Positions 12,849-25,600 of a DNA stretch of 64,000 nt are shown in pieces. Within the stretch, counting starts at the first letter, position 1; each line of letters begins with the position of its first letter. Both the position numbers and the translations under genes were made by a program. Source of the DNA: Podarcis pityusensis (lineage: Eukaryota). The notes under the pieces were generated by a model that worked only from the letters and a program-made list of their open reading frames with translations, made no database searches and was not told the origin of the DNA. Location: assembly GCA_964106645.2 (NCBI GenBank), contig OZ067042.1. The stretch is one strand, 5' to 3'.

Positions 12849-15800
12849 GCTTAGAACTGTTACAGCAGCTGCCATGAGCCTTGCAAATGAGGCCACAAAA
12901 CCCCCATGGGAGGGCATGCCATACCTAAACCTTTTATGATTAAATAAAACCAAGCTACCTCCATGCCTCTGAATTGATGGCAATCACAAGAGGAGAGAGT
13001 ACTGTGGTGCTTATGTGCTGCTTGCAAGATTCATGAAGGCACTTGACTGGCCACTGCAAGAACAGGATACTGGAACAGGTGAGCCTTGATCCAGCAGGGC
13101 TTTTCTTATATTCATGTACCCATAGGGGTACAATTTTTTTCATCATACAATGGCACACTCAGGGTGCAGGGACATTGGAGGCAGGGGCCTTGTATACAGC
13201 ACCACAGCCACTAAGTGCTTCATTCCTTCCTCTACAATGTGCTCTTTAAAGGCCATAACAGGCTGAGTGAAATAGCCATTCCAAGATTTGTAACACATAC
13301 AGACTGCAATCCTAAGCACGCTTGGTAGCAGTAAGCTCTGTTGAACACAATAAGGCTTCTACCTGATGTTCCAAGTAAACATGCATAAAGCGTTGATTGA
13401 GCTATTTTCGATACCTTGCAATAAAAATACAAAGTATTCCAAATACAAAAAAAAATGGACATTTCCACAGTGCTGCCACTGGAGAATTCATAATAAGCTG
13501 TGCTAACAACACTGGCAGAGGTTTTTAGGAATCTATACCAACCTGCTGTTAAATGGGCAGCATGGACAAGGATTCGAACCCCAGGCTTTAAATCAAACTG
13601 GATGGCATTTTGGTTCAGTTTCTGGACCAATATATCTGAAATCTGGAATAAGAAATTATTGTAAAAAATAAAATATGGGTACAATCACAAAGAACAAGAA
13701 CAATGGTCCATCTGGCCTAGTATCTTGTCAGACAGGGACTGTTAATGGATGCTTCAGAGAAAATGGCATAAAAGGTCTGAGTTCAGTTATGAAATGATGC
13801 TATTGTATTCACCCCTATTTTTTAAAAAAGTGGGTACTGTATCTATGAATGCTTTCTGATTGAGGTTTCTTTCCGCAATATTACCAGTTGGTGATTGAGG
13901 CTGTTACAAACAGTGGAGGAAGCTGCCATCTTAAACTGAGAACCTATTCAAAAGGATTGAACTGTATGTGTAAGCATAGGTTTTACACAATACACACCAC
14001 GTAGCCAAAATAAAAAATAAAAAATAGGTCACTGGGCATTGCAGTGCTCTGTATCAGGGTTGTCACCATTGATATGGAAAGAGCTTTTCACACTAGTGCA
14101 CTGTCTGAGTTCAGTACTTACTTCCCCTAGATTTGGCTCAGGATAGAACACCAAAAACTCACATAGCAATGGACTGAGCTACAGAGAAAGTTATGATAAT
14201 GCTACAATGGCTCTGACTTGAACCTAGATAAATGGGCATGAATTTGTGGTTATACCTACACACATTCGAACTTGAACCTTCTCTTTGTCAGCTCTAGGAG
14301 TGTGAAGATGTTTCGACTCTATAATCTATATCCCCAAGAAAATGCTTTGTGCACATCCCAAGACAATATCAAGACACAAGAGATGGGCCAGTCACTCTAG
14401 AAATGAAATCCATTCATTTCTGGATTGGCGAAGTAAATGACAATATTTCTCCTTTAAACTTATTTATGGTATTCTAGACTTTTTGTTATGTTATCCCTCT
14501 CCCCTCTTCTTGTGTCATTTTCTTGCTTCTTTCCTTTGCTTTCTCTATTTCCTTTCACCTTTCTCCTTTCTTGGCATGAGAAAGAAGGAACTTTGATGTA
14601 GGATAGTTTTTGCTACATATTGTTACACACCCACCCACCACACACACACACACACAATGGGCTGGTGACTTCTGATGGTTTACTCTGGGCTACAGTTCGC
14701 TCCAATCTTTCCTGTTGAAGAAATCAAATCATATCTGTCTCATGATATGACTCATTTTCATCTAAAAGCAGCCATACTAAATGAAGCAGAAAAAGCACCA
14801 CCCCATTGGAAGTCCTGACACCCATGCCAGGAGAAGGTGGATGAGGGCAATGAAGCTGCTATTGGGGCAGAGAGGGTTGAAGGTAGCTACCAGAGGAAGC
14901 TTCCACTCATGCATTCCACAGGTACAGTAAATATATCTGTGGTGGAGAGGCTCTCCACTGCTAGAGACTAGCAGGGTATGGAAGAGCAAAATGGAGGGAT
15001 ACTTGTACCACTTCCTAACCCTCTTCATCGGAGGTAAGTGTTATGCCTGCCAGTCTAGATCCTAGCTTATCTTCTGTTCTTCCACATCTTGAGAATACTA
15101 TTCTAAGATTACTCTCTTTAGTGATATTTCATTTTTTAGTTGATTAGCTTCTTTAAGTCCCCATTTATAAGTCTGTGGCAGGTTCTTCTGGAGCAAGTGG
15201 TCTGTCCTAAGTATGGAAATATTTTTAGTTCAATCATATTTCTAAAGGCCAAACTTGATACTATCTCATCAGCTGCAATCCTGACAATGGTGCTATTTGC
15301 ATCTTAAACATTAAATACAAAGATACAGTCAGTATCATCCCTAGTTGAGCCTTCTTCCCAGTTTAGTGGTTGGACCTCCTTTTATATTTTGCATCTCCTT
15401 TTATTTTTTTATGGGAATATTAAGTGCAGTTAATTAACTTAAAATTAATTTTAAAAATCAAAGCTATTTTGAAAAAGGAAAAGGAGGCAGGAAAATATAG
15501 GAGGTAGGCAGACAGTCTTCAGAGATGACAGACACAGTGAGAGACATATGGAATGTCCATCTGCACTCATTTTTTTATCATAAAAAAATGTGCAAGAAAT
15601 TTGGTTCTCTTCAAGCTTAGTTCAATGTTCAGCATGTAAACAGATTTCCTGATTAATGGTGAGCCAAGAATAGTGTTCCAAGCTATCAGTGGCCAATATG
15701 AAATGCAGGAGCCAGAATTATTTTAAAAATCCAATTGTGATAATAAAAAGTTGCTGATAAATCCCTCACAGTGAAGAATAAAAATCAAAACATCAATTCC

Positions 15801-18800
15801 CATCTTAGCAGTGTTACAGAATTAAACCAAATCAACAAAAGGCTGCAAATGGCCTTAAAATGATGGGGATGTCCTTTCACGCCTTGTAATTTCTCATGAA
15901 CCTTTGAAAATGTATGAGGGCTTAGTTAAAACAAATTACATTAGGGAATTACATCACTAGTTTATGGAAATTGAAGCTACATAGATCTCTGTCACAAGAT
16001 GACTGCCCAAAAGTTAACTTTTGCTTTAAAAAAAGATGTAGTGATGTGAAGCACTCTTTATATAAGTTACTAAATGTGCGTTATAGGAAATGTTTTGGTT
16101 GTTCTAAATGTTTTTCACGTTTTATGTATGTTGAGTATTGAAATAAAAAGGGGAAGGGTTTCTGTCTCTTAAAAAGACCGTGTCCTGTTAGTCCTGTGAT
16201 ATGAGCCCTGTATGTGTGTGCTGCAGCTAACAGAGGGTTGCAAGTCTAACTTGTTATGTTTGTAAATTCCAGTTGCAGATGTAGGAATCATGAAGATTCC
16301 CTTACAGTTGAAGGCAGTCTGGGATTGTGCAGTCCACACAGAAACTTGAGGACTAAAATTTTGCGTGTGACCTTGTGTCTACTAGACTAGAATACTTTTG
16401 TCAGTTTTGAAACTTGCCCACTTGTACTCAGTCTCAAGTGCTCTTCAGTGACGGTTTGGCATGAGAGAAATCCAAAAGTATTTTACAATTGCAACTGCCC
16501 AGGAGGGAATTTGCAGCCATGACAAGTAATGTTCCATAGCACCAACTCAGTGTAAAAATGTGCCAACTTTTCCAGAAGGACAGGTGGCCTTTTACGGTTC
16601 CATGGCTGCAACTCCAGCTTGGACGCACCGAAACAAAACATGAAATGATATCTTGGATGACAGCCACCACAATATAAACTGCTCTAAAGTACTAACCAAG
16701 AAAGTGGAGGTCATAGGAAGTATGATCTGTGGCCTCTAATTTACAGAGCTGTAATAGTAAGAACAAATTGAATGAAATATCTGAAGGGTACCCAAGCCTC
16801 TGGAGGTAAAAATAAATGGCTGGTTCAATTTCCATAGCAGAATTTACACAAAATTAGATCTACAACACAGACCACCTGCAGAGTGATCAACAATGTCCCC
16901 AAAGTTCATCCAATCAGCAAAAAGCTCCAATCCAATCAGCAAAATCCAATCCAACTAGCAAAAAGCACCTGGGAAAACAACCACAAAATAAATTTTAAAA
17001 AACGCCTCAATTGTACATGTCTTTTTGTCCCAGTAATGGGTTGAGAAGATTGGGGTGGCGGATCATCAACAAAAAGTGATTCAGTGATGTAGGTTTAAGT
17101 GTGCAGAAAGAGTTTTATTGTTGAAAGGGTGGGGAAGAGCTTAGGACAAAACAAAACAAAAATTACAAGAAATATAACACCATTATGGTGCTGTTTCTTT
17201 TTTTGTCTCAGCCAATGCTAACTTACTGGGATAAAGAGGAAAAAACAACCCATGGCCTTTTCAAAGAAATACTGATTCAAGGAAGCAGACTTTGTGTGCC
17301 CTTCTTCTAACACAGCGTGACTATGGCTTTGGGGTGGGGGGCATTTTACTACCTACCACAAGAGATACTGAGATTTAGCTTGGGGTAGAATCTCTCCTGA
17401 AGACAGGAGTGCCTGGAGTGCTCTGGTCCATGGGGTCACGAAGAATCGGACATGACTAAACAACTAAACAACAGCAAGAATCTCTTCCACCCAACTGTTT
17501 CTGGTATGTTTTATAGAGTTCTAGAAGCTGCAAATCTCATGCTGAAGAAAATAGGGTGGGAAATCCAAGGGCATGAGCCACCATTTTTATTTCCTGAAAT
17601 CATCCACCTACAAGTATCCAGCAGACAACTTTGCCTCAGGAAGGAGCCTGAGAGCAAAGCCTGTAACAGAAGAACAGTGCTGTGTAGAACAGGACTGAAG
17701 ATGTCATTTTATTTTATTTATTTTTTCAAAATCTATCTATCCAATATGATCTTTTAAAAAATTAACTGGTATTACATAGTACTCTGCTTCATATTAAATG
17801 AGATATTAAGGGGAGAAATGAATACATAAATCATTTCACTTTACAGTTGCACTATTTTATTATCTTATCAGATCCTAAGGTTCCACAAAATAGCAAGGCT
17901 GATGTGGAAAGATCAGAGAATAATTAAAAAAAAAAAAAAAAAAAAGTACAAGGACTGCTCTCCTGCACAAGCCCCGTTGAAGTGAATGGGCATAAGTTAT
18001 CCATTCATTTCAATGGGGCTTATACGCAAGAACATCCTGGGGAAATTTCACTCTCTGCCAATGAAACAAAAGGAATTTAAATCTGCCTGCAAAGCCATAT
18101 TTTAATGTTTATTTCAGCCATTTCATCCCCTCCCTTAAATGCAGTTCTCTCTAGTTCTTCATTGCAAACAATTTGGAAGCAGGTTACAAGTTGAAATACA
18201 ATACACCTGCATAAAATGTTGATACAAAAGGGGGGAAATAAAATGCAATAAAAAGAGCAACGACAGACCTGACATTTATTTAATTAACAGCATTTTAAAA
18301 CATTAGAATCTAGTTATACTTTTATGCCTTTTCTCAGAATTAGACACACACAGGTCCAAACTGCCTTATATTTATGCCCAATGGCTGCCCTATATTGTTC
18401 TCTTGCTTTTATGCTGAAGATGAAGCTTCTCAGCATTGCAAAACACCTAATTTAGAGTCATCAAGAGTTCTCCCCTGTGAAAATAATTAGGTCTCTGAAT
18501 TAGTTTTGGTCCTTCACATAGCTTCATTGACTTTATCTGCTTCATTTGCAGAATTAGACGCAATGTGCAAAAATGTTTCTTTGTAATAGAAGCCATTCTT
18601 TGTCTATCATTCTCTCATCAACGGACATATAATGAATAATAACAACAAATAATTTGTAAAAAGAAAGAGAGGGGGAGTTAATTTACAAAGAGAACAAAAC
18701 AAATTTAATTTGGTTTCTAGGGTAGTTCTGCCTGAATAAGGTCTGCCTTTCTCACACTGTGTGCGCCAGAAATCTCAGTATCACTCTGCCTCCCATTCAA

Positions 18801-21800
18801 GTTGATTCAGGCATTTAAAATATGGGCCATGGGAACATAGGAAGCCTTATCTTGGGTCAGATCATTGGCCCCTCTAGCTCAGTATTCTCTAGGCTGACTG
18901 GCAGAAGCTCTTGAGGGGTTTCAGACAGGGGTTTGTCCAAGCCTGTTTGGGAATTCTAGGGTCAAATCATGGCACCCACAACACGAGAAGCTGATGCTCT
19001 ACCACTGAATGACACACCTGCTCCTGCAGTTCCATTTACATGGCACTGGGTTTTCCCATATCAATCGGAAACTCTCTCCTGCCCAGTCTACTTTCAATTC
19101 TGTGTTGAGATCCCTGCATTGCTGGGGTCTGGGTTATATGTACAGTTTTGTACCATTCTGATTCAAGATGGTGGACTGAACGTTTCAAAACTGCACCGGT
19201 TTTAACCATTTCTTTCATACCCAAACTGATTTGTGTGTGTGTGGTTTCTAAGCAATGTTGGGCACTTTCCCCTAGTAAGATCACAAATGAATAAAGAAGG
19301 GTACCTAGAATAATAGTCAAATATTTAGAGCTGACCCTGGCGGAAGGAAAGGAGAGGAGGAACAGATGAAGGCAGGAACTGATGTATATTGCAGCAAAGC
19401 ATTTATATGCATTACCCCTAATGGGAGGAGGGAAATTTTGGGGGCCAGATCAGGCATATGCAAACTGCGGCCCTCTAGATGTTTGGGACTACAATTCCCA
19501 TCATCCCTAGCTAACAGGACCAGTGGTCGGGGATGATGGGAATTGTAGTCCCAAACATCCGGAGGGCCGGAGTTTGCCTATGCCTGGACCAGATGATTCA
19601 TAATCTGATTGGGAAAAATGATCATATGACTGGCCATCAGCAGAAAAAAGAAGACTGCTTTATCTTTCTTGTTCTCATTTCTTATATCCAGTGAAAAATA
19701 GTAGTTACAACCCAAAGCCTCTGCAAACATTTCAGTAGAGATTATGGACTGAAGTAATTATGCAAAAACTGTCTGTGCACAGTCTAAATAGAGGCTGTCC
19801 TTCTGAAACCACCTTGAATGAAATAAGATGAAACAAAAGCTGTGGCAGTTTCTCTCACTGGGACTTCCACAAGCATCTCCCTGTGGATTATGTCCAGTTT
19901 AAATCTGGTTCCATATTGTGATATCATTTGGGGGAGGGGGATGTTTTTAATTCTAGTATATTGAAATATTGCAGTCCCAAATTCTAGAGCGAGAGAAATC
20001 TTCTATTTCAGTCTTGATGTCACAACACCAGTACAGATATTTATAGTATACATTTATTTCATGCAGCAACAGGTCCAAACTGCTTCAGGCACAGTGAGCT
20101 AGTCTAATGTATGGCCCTGGTTGCAGTGCACACAGCTTTATGTGAAGTGAAGCCCAGAACAAACAGGCAGCCATCTTAAACTCCTTTTATTGAACTAGGA
20201 ATCACAAAAGGAAACAAGCAGCAAAGATTTAAAGGCTCTGTACTTTACAATGCTGATTGCAGATACAGTTATCAGCAATGACATAAATAACTCATGACTG
20301 CATGTAACATTGCCTAATTAACATTATATTAGCCATGAATGAGGCTATGTACCTATATTTACACTTTAATCCTATGCACACCTATTTGGAAGTAAGTCCC
20401 ATTGAGCACAGCAGGCCTTACTTCTGAGTAAGCATGCAAAGGAGTACACTGTTAATCATTTGTAAGGCAACTTGAGTGTCAGGCAGCAATTGTATGTAGT
20501 GTACATCAGCCTTTCAACAACTGTACTTCATATTTTGTTTGCATTTGAAATTTCAACAGTTCCTGAAGTAAAATGTCAACATCACATTAAAATTCTGACC
20601 CAGGATTATAAGTTTATGAATAAACTGGGTAGCATGAACTGGGTAAAGTAGTTTAAATGTTTTATAGGCACTTGTGGGCATGTGTGTGCAGGTATAATAC
20701 TGCCCTCCAGTGGCACACTGAAAGTTGCTTGGCTTGTGTGTGAGAACAGAACTTAGTAATATATATTTAATGGTGGTCAAGATGTGTAACTATGACCTTT
20801 GACACCACAAGAGTCTCATGTGATGCTCAATTCTTCTTTTGCAAGTTAACTTCATTTTACTCATTCTTTTATCTCCATCTCCCTCTCACACATACACACT
20901 TTCCTACTAACTATTATAGATGGAATAATTTCTCCTTTGGCTCCATTGTTGTTTTTCCAGCTCCTTTTGTCCTGCATCACATTCCTCCTGCATTACAAAT
21001 ATAACCAGCGGACTTTGTAATATTAATTCTATAATTGAAGTATCTGCAGTTTAATGCAGTTTTCAGTTCTTTCCATTTACTGAAATCTTCTCCTCTCTAT
21101 GTAAATTGGTTTGAATGTGCATTGATTTTAAAAAAAAAAAAACCCTGCAGAAAACAATCCTAAAATGATCAAATGTATGTCTGCATGTAGGTAAGACTAT
21201 TTGGGCCTCAGTTATAATATGAACAAATGCAGTCTTGTGGGATGTTGTTTTAAAAAACAACAACAACCCCCCCACACACATAGAGGGACTCTAGTGTATA
21301 TTCACATCAAACTTGCCTTTTTTTGGCAATGTTTTATCAATGCACATGAATATACATGCACACTAATAAGCACAGCACAAAAAGAATTGTAAGGCAATTA
21401 TCTGTGAAATCAAGATTGCTATGATTGATTCCTCGCTCCTCCCACACTAAGTTTTATCAATGTAAATATCCATACTGGTAAAGAAAGAGAGGCATGGAGA
21501 GACACAAATGAACTGAAGGAGCAGAAAGCTATGAAGAAACTATGGATTTGTTCAGTATAGCACTAAGGAGAAAGTTCTATGAGCATAAAGATTCCTCTTT
21601 GTGCAATTAAATGTTCTCCTTCTCTTCCCTTACCCCCTGAAGCACACTTAAATATTTTCTGAACTTTCCCTCCCGTCCTTATGGGGATGGCACAGGGTGT
21701 GGGCAGAGGAGAGGGGGTAAACCTCTGCACACGATTTAGTTGAATATTGCCCCACAGCTGCCCAGTGCTTGTGCTCAATTAAAAAACAGAGCAAATGAAA

Positions 21801-22617
21801 ATTTCAAACAAAATCATAGTGTTGGAAGGGACAGTGTAATTTGTTTAGTCCAACCCCAAGCTCAACGTAAGATCTGCAGTGAAGGATGCAAGGATAGCAT
21901 CCCTGAAACATGGTTATCTAATTTTTGCTGAAATGCCTCCAGCAGAGGGGAGCTCCCAAGGCAGCCTTTCCCATCATCAACTGCTCAAATCATTGCAATG
22001 TTTCTCCTACTGTTTGACTAAAATATGTTTCCCTAAAACTTCCACCCATTGGACCTAAGGCTGAGGAGCACAGCACCAGTCATACGGCACAGAAAGCAAG
22101 GCTGCTCCATCTTTTGCATTGCAGCCCTTCATATACTGGAAGACCCCTATCATGTTGACTCTTAATCTTCTCGGGTCCAGGGCAAAAATCACCCAGTTCT
22201 TTCAAATATACTTCAGAGGACTTGATTCCTCTTTAACAAATTACTTGCACGCAGAGCAAGCATGCTGAAAGGGGAGCTCTCATGCAAGGTTCTAAATTGA
22301 ACAGGGAGCCTCAATGCATAGAGAAAGCCCCCTTCACAGACCTTCTCATCATGACTGTGGCAAAGGAAGCAGCAAGAATTTGGGAGTAGGACAAGGGCCC
22401 CTTTCAAAATGCTTGTCCTCTACACATAAGTAATGTTTGAAGGGAGCTTAGGTTTCCAGACTGGTTGTCCACCTATTTATCAACTTTGACTCAGTTAGTT
22501 TTAGAAAACCTTTTCATTTAGGCATGCCTACTTAGGCAAATCCTTTAGTTGCCTAGATTTGTTCTAGAGGTTTTACCAATTTTTATCTGTGTTTTAGTGT
22601 TGATGGTGTAATGTGTA

Positions 22618-22660
<43 letters not shown>

Positions 22661-25600
22661 ATTTTGTGGATTTTAGCTGTGTTTTGTTGCTCTCCCTTTA
22701 GGGAGTTCCTTGATTAAGAACGGACTGCCTGCTACAGATGACCCCCACCATGTGGGGTGGGGAGCTGCAGGAATGGGAAGACAACAGGTAGGGGGCTAAT
22801 GGGCTTATCCCTGTTTACACCCTCACATGATGGAAATCACATTGGGGAGGGTGAGAATATGAATAAATAGGGCTCGTCACTTCCAGCAAACATCAGCTAT
22901 GAGCTCTAAGCTCAGCTGAGAGTTAGAGAAGTTCAGTACTACTTCCAGTGCTCTCACACAAGTGCAGATGCGTCACAAGATAAAACAAACAAATAAATGA
23001 ACCAATAAATAAATCCTCCCCACACACGAGCCCTTATTTTGACAGCAGAGTCCTTCTTAACTGAAATACTGACCTATTTTCAGTCTTCCTGCTCATAAGA
23101 GCATTAGTTCCCTGTCACCTCAAATAATTCAAAGAGTCATTATCGCTGTCATGTTATATAAGCTATAGAAACTACATCATCAAAGCATCCACCATTTCAC
23201 AATTATTTCAGAGGAACAGATAGAGCAATATTTGTTTATTATTACCCGCTCTTCACCCTAAACTCCCACTAGGGGCAACTGGTCTGGTAGGCTGGAGATG
23301 TGGACTCACACTGCTGACACAAACTTTGTTGCATCTTACCTGGACATGGCTTGGGTTCAAGGTGGCACTGAGGTCAGGAACCACTGGTGCACTTTCACAG
23401 CTCCAACCTCGCCACCAGCCTGTCCCACCACAGCCCTATACAGGTAAGCCACAGACACACAAAAGGGCAGCTCCCCCTCAACACACTGACAGCTACTGCT
23501 ATTGGCTGAAAGTCAGCTGATTCAGCTCTGTGTGGGTGCATGGCTCTTGAATCAGTAGCAAAGCCACTGTGGGCATGAACCACCATACTGGAAATCAGAG
23601 CAATTGGTGATATGAGAACCCAACACCAACGTCTCGTGGGGTGGGGTGGGGAAGGAGTTTCAACCTTATATTATAAAATCCATGCAGTACTATATTGTTC
23701 CACAGGAAATGCATAGCAATATATAAAGAATAATTCCAGTAATGTGGCAGATTACAATCCTGTCCCTTCAGGAAGAATAGTGGAGAGGATGCTGGAGTCC
23801 CTGTTAAAAGCTGCATTACTCTTGTCTCCCTATAAAGGCTTATGATGACAATGTGCCAGTGTTACAATACTTTATGACCACAGTGAGTCTGGGAATGCGA
23901 GAGGGAAAATATCTATATAATAATTTGTGGAATGCAATAAGCAGCCAAGTGCCGGAGGCGAGTTGGGTCAGTAGTAAATCTGGGATTCTATGTACTGCCT
24001 TCCTTTCCAATTTATGTTGGGGGAGGGTATCTGCAAGGCAGTCAATCTTCTTTCCTGATGTTCATTACCAGCATGAGGAGAAAATTACAAAGATGTGTAG
24101 TTTGTCAAGCAAGATAAAAGCAAAGCAAAGATAAAGTATAAACTGGGGAGACTTCTGCTTGGCTGAGGTGCATTGGGGGGTGTCAATACACATGGCATCT
24201 TGTGTTTATGAAACAACATATCCAATTCTACAACTGGCATGTTTATACATAAAAGCACACTCATCACTAATTGAGTTCATTTCTGACATCTATAAGAATC
24301 ACATCATAAAGGTGAGGATTTTGCCTTCATAGTGAAATCATCCCCTTTGTGGAAAATGGGTGATATGGCCCTTAGGAAAACCCTTGTGAATGTCATAGTA
24401 TGGGCTATGATCTCTCTCTGTCTTCTGGGAATCACACTTTTCCTGCATTGTATACTTCCCACTCATGCCTGTCCTTCTACAGCACAGATTTAGGAAGCAG
24501 CATAAACAGACCTTCTGGTGTGACTCACAAGCAAGCATGGGCATTAACACTTCAATTTTCAGATGTCTATCATGCAATAAGTATTGCGATGAATGAAAAT
24601 GGTTAATGTATTCTTCCTGAAATTTGCAGTGTTTGTTTGCCAACATTTGGGGGTGGGGGCAGGGTGGAGAGAAGAAGTTAAAATGATGTTGGAAATGTAA
24701 AGAAACTGAAGGTACATTTTTTCACCTTTGGTGGACGTGCCCAAAGATTAAGGCTTTCTGGGAGATGATATATAATGAATTAAAAAAGGTATTTAAATAT
24801 ACCTTCTTGAAGAAACCAGAGGCCTTTCTCCTGGGCATAGTCGGCCAATCAGTGTTAAAAAAGGATAGAACTTTCTTTATGTATGCTACAACAGCAGCAA
24901 GAATACTCATCGCAAAGTATTGGAAGACACAAAAGCTACCCACACTGGAGGAATGGCAGATGAAAATGATGGACTACATGGAATTGGTGGAAATGACTGG
25001 CAGAATCCGAGACCAGGGAGAAGAGTCGGTGGAAGAAGATTGGAAGAAATTCAAAGATTATTTACAGAAATATTGCAAAATTAATGAATGTTAGAGTGAT
25101 GTTGGATTGAAGTTAAGTGGCTTCTAGCTGTACAGGCTTTAAAGTTAAAAATATATCAAGACTAAGGATTAGGATTAAAAAGGCTAAAAGAATGGAAAAA
25201 TTGGTTTTTAATAGGTAAAAATTTAATGTTATAATATATTAAGATTAAGGATTGGGATTGGGATTAAAAAGGAGGGAAAGAAATTGCTGGACTAACAAAC
25301 TGAATTGGAATACAAAAGAGGGAGGTAAGAGGAAGTCCGGGAAACAAGTAAATATAAAAGAAGTTATGAAAAGACGGAATTGTTTTTAACTGTTTTTTTT
25401 CCCCTTCTATCTTTTTGTATTCTGTATTTTGTATTGTGTATTTTTCTTTTCTATTTTTAAATTTTTCTTTTTATTAATGTGATTCTATTTTTTTTGAAAC
25501 TTTAATAAATATTAATTAAAAAAAAAAGAGAAGAAGTTAAAATGCAGTCTCTTCCCTGCACGCACCACTTGTGCATAATGAAAGGAAACAGTACCTGTTG

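Noticed and set aside
13232-13684. 150-aa minus-strand ORF as a separate gene
   Set aside because: Only 13543-13642 is a SORCS1 exon with splice sites; the rest is intron, including a MITE
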